Assembly: GCA_964589485.1 (NCBI GenBank)
Contig: CAZPRK010000005.1
Location: 1-64,000 of the forward strand
Reading direction: 5' to 3'
Origin: an uncultured Methanosarcinales archaeon
GTDB taxonomy: Archaea > Nanobdellota > Nanobdellia > Woesearchaeales > CAYSVS01
DNA: 64,000 bases
The position numbers and the translations under genes are program-made. Below, in pieces: positions 61,343 to 64,000 of the stretch; positions within the stretch are counted from its first letter, which is position 1; each line of letters starts with the position of its first letter. Under the pieces are notes generated by a model. The model did not search any database, was not told the origin of the DNA, and saw only the letters and a program-made list of their open reading frames with translations.

Positions 61343-62233
61343 ATGGAGTTTGATTTTGAAAAAGTAATGAAAGCTGGAGAAATTAACGCTAAAGCTAGAG
61401 AATATGGCAAAAGCTTAATAGTTCCTGGAGCGAAATTAGCAGAAGTAAACGACAAAATAGTTGAATTTATTGAAAGTCAAGGCGGACAATTAGCTTTTCC
61501 TATCGTAATTTCTTGCGATAGCATTGCTGCACATGATAGTGCAAAAATTAACGAAGATTTAGTTTTCAGTAACCAAGTTGTTAAGTTAGACATGGGTGTG
61601 CACATCGATGGTTGGATTAGCGACACAGCAGTAACTATAGATTTATCGGGAAAACATCAAGATTTAGTTGACGCTTCACGAGATGCATTAAATAACGTAA
61701 TTGAAATCATAAAACCAGGTATAACTCTTGGTGAAATTGGTAGAATGGTTGAAAAAACCATCACAGATAAAGGATTTAAACCAATTAAAAATTTATCAGG
61801 GCATCAAATTGGCCATTATATAGTCCACACAGGGTTAAGCATTCCTAATTTTGACACAGGAGATAATACAGAATTAGTTCCAGGAATGCAATTCGCAATT
61901 GAACCTTTTGCTACCAGCGGCATAGGCATAGTAGAAGAAAAAGGAGAATCAGAGATCTTCAGTATGATTGATTACAAACCAGTTAGACTTGCAATGGTTA
62001 GAGAAGTTCAAGATTATTTATACAAAAATGTTTTACTTATGCCTTTCTCCCCTAGAATGTTAATTAAAAGATTTGGAGAAAGTAAAGTAAGAATTGCACT
62101 CAAAACATTAAAAGACAATGGAACTTTAAGATCTTATCCTCCTTTAGTTGAGAAAGCAAATGGTTTTGTAAGTCAAGCAGAACATACATTTTATATTGAT
62201 GAAAATTGGAAAGTTCATATAACAACTAAATAG
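61343..62233 (+). CDS. map: methionine aminopeptidase type II
   Basis: AFP, AAH, KLDMGVHIDGWISDTA, NLSGH, AIEPFAT, SQAEHT. Confidence 0.95.
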   Translation: MEFDFEKVMKAGEINAKAREYGKSLIVPGAKLAEVNDKIVEFIESQGGQLAFPIVISCDSIAAHDSAKINEDLVFSNQVVKLDMGVHIDGWISDTAVTIDLSGKHQDLVDASRDALNNVIEIIKPGITLGEIGRMVEKTITDKGFKPIKNLSGHQIGHYIVHTGLSIPNFDTGDNTELVPGMQFAIEPFATSGIGIVEEKGESEIFSMIDYKPVRLAMVREVQDYLYKNVLLMPFSPRMLIKRFGESKVRIALKTLKDNGTLRSYPPLVEKANGFVSQAEHTFYIDENWKVHITTK

Positions 62234-63476
62234 ATTTTTTAATTTCTTTTCCACTTTTCAAATCTTTAATCTTAACTTGTTTAGATTTCATTTCATCTAA
62301 TCCAATCACAACAACTTTATTTGCATTAATTTTATCTGCATACTTAAATTGTTTAGAAACATTTCTTGCAATCAGTTCCATTTCAACATTATTATCATTT
62401 CTGAAATATTGAGCTACTTTAATTGCATAAGGTAAAGCTTTTTCATCTACAACTGAAATAAAATAATCAATTTGTTTATCATACTTAGGCAACTTATTTT
62501 TAGCTTCCAAAAATAATTGTAATACTACATCACCATAAGCAAATCCTACTCCAGATAAAGGTTTTCCACCAAAATCTTCAATAAGATTTTCATATCTTCC
62601 TCCACCTGCTATCGCTCTATATTGTTTATTTTTATCACTTATTTCAAATACAGTCGAAGTATAATAATCCAACCCTCTCATAATAGTTGAATCAAATTGA
62701 ACAAATTTTTTAACATCGTAATTTTTTAACAAATTCATTAAAGAAACTATTTCTTTTAATCCTTGCATTCCATCTTTATCAAGATCTAATTTTTTAATTT
62801 CATTTAATTTTAATTTAAGTGTTTTTTTTAATGCATTAACTACTTTTTTATTTAATTTTAAATCAATTAAAGACTTAGTAAAATTATCTTCACCAATTTT
62901 ATCTAATTTATCAATTAACCTAGCCACATCTGGCAATTGTTTTTTAGTTACACCTGAACTTAAAATTAAACTTTGAATTAATTTTCTATTTCCAATACGA
63001 ACACAAAAATCTTTATCAGTTAAACCAAAATTAATCATTATTTGAATTCCAACTACAATCACTTCTGCATCTAAATTCATATTATCAGAACCAATACAAT
63101 CAAGATTAAATTGAAAAAATTCTCTTAACCTTCCAGCTTGAGATCGTTCATATCTCCAAAATCTTCCAATCGAATACCATTTTATTGGCATAGTCAAAGT
63201 ACTTTGTTTTTCTGCAATCATTCTTGCAACCGTAGGAGTTAACTCTGGCCTTACTGCAATTTCTCTATTCCCCTTATCATTAAAAACATACATCTGATCC
63301 GGAATTTCACTTCCTGACTTTAACCTCCATAAATCAGCTGGTTCAAGCATAGGCCCATCTATGTTAGAGTATCCAAATTTTTTAGCTACATTTTCCCACG
63401 TCTGAAAAATATAATCTTGAATATATTTCTCTTCAGGATAAAAATCCCTTGTTCCTTTTAATGGTTGAATTTTCAT
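62226..63476 (-). CDS. hisS: histidine--tRNA ligase
   Basis: LKGTRDF, RPELTP, RYERSQAGRLREFFQ, RGLDYYT, GGGRY. Confidence 0.95.
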   Translation of the reverse strand: MKIQPLKGTRDFYPEEKYIQDYIFQTWENVAKKFGYSNIDGPMLEPADLWRLKSGSEIPDQMYVFNDKGNREIAVRPELTPTVARMIAEKQSTLTMPIKWYSIGRFWRYERSQAGRLREFFQFNLDCIGSDNMNLDAEVIVVGIQIMINFGLTDKDFCVRIGNRKLIQSLILSSGVTKKQLPDVARLIDKLDKIGEDNFTKSLIDLKLNKKVVNALKKTLKLKLNEIKKLDLDKDGMQGLKEIVSLMNLLKNYDVKKFVQFDSTIMRGLDYYTSTVFEISDKNKQYRAIAGGGRYENLIEDFGGKPLSGVGFAYGDVVLQLFLEAKNKLPKYDKQIDYFISVVDEKALPYAIKVAQYFRNDNNVEMELIARNVSKQFKYADKINANKVVVIGLDEMKSKQVKIKDLKSGKEIKKSI

Positions 63477-63715
63477 TTCTAATTTACCTTAATTTTCTTG
63501 TTTATATAGTTTTTGATATAAGTACGACTAAAAGAATTTAACAATGAAAGTCAATTTTAGTAACCATTTTTAGGTGTTATGTAAACACACTATTTAAGCT
63601 TTGTTAAGCATATACCCTATATAGAAAAAATATATATACCAATTTTACTATATTCTTCTTGTAATAGAGAGAAGGATAGATGAATGTATCTATAGCGAAA
63701 TAAGGGGGGATAGCT

Positions 63716-63976
63716 ATGGTAAAGTTAGATGAAATAACTAGATTGCAAATAGCAGAAGCAATTGAAAATGTTAAGGCATGTAAACCATTAGAAAAAAAGC
63801 TTTCTGAGGGTGAAAGTCACTTAGAAGAAAACATGCGAGAATTAGTTTTCTCAGGTGCAATAGAATGGCGAGAATTTGTAGAAAATTTAAGTCTGTATGA
63901 CCCAGACTATGATAGAATTTTACATAACAAAACATCAGGTCATAGAAATTTTAGCGTATTGCATGGATGTGGTTAA
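63716..63976 (+). CDS. hypothetical protein
   Basis: 86-aa ORF with a G-rich SD-like sequence upstream. Confidence 0.5.
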   Translation: MVKLDEITRLQIAEAIENVKACKPLEKKLSEGESHLEENMRELVFSGAIEWREFVENLSLYDPDYDRILHNKTSGHRNFSVLHGCG

Positions 63977-64000
63977 ATAAAAGTATCACCAATTAAACAT

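Overview
AT-rich archaeal chromosome segment. The archaeal ribosomal proteins (eL31, eL39, eS19, eL37, eS8, uS2, uS7, uS12, uL11), Spt5, SecE, RadB, MBF1, Sm, Kae1, Taw3 and an S-layer protein, together with many bacterial-type genes, suggest a DPANN archaeon of the Woesearchaeota type (inference). It is mostly housekeeping: five aminoacyl-tRNA synthetases, a grpE-dnaK-dnaJ operon, ftsZ-secE-spt5-rpl11 and a membrane glycosyltransferase cluster. There are three intron-containing tRNA genes (iMet with a non-canonical T-arm intron, Ser-GCT, Leu-TAG), and I found several small ORFs missing from the ORF track. The most unusual region is 16.3-20.2 kb. There, short single-gene units downstream of tRNA-Ser are separated by progressively decayed copies of the tRNA 3' end joined to a conserved 34-bp palindrome-containing element, resembling a tRNA-anchored, integrase-less cassette array. 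The same island has an NYN ribonuclease gene preceded by a ~100-nt four-hairpin leader RNA. Other highlights are a complete long RelA/SpoT homolog, a bacterial-type GpsA, a tandem Fis-like protein and an H1-like basic protein. No CRISPR array, rRNA, integrase or transposase was seen. All family calls come from motif recognition by eye, not database searches.
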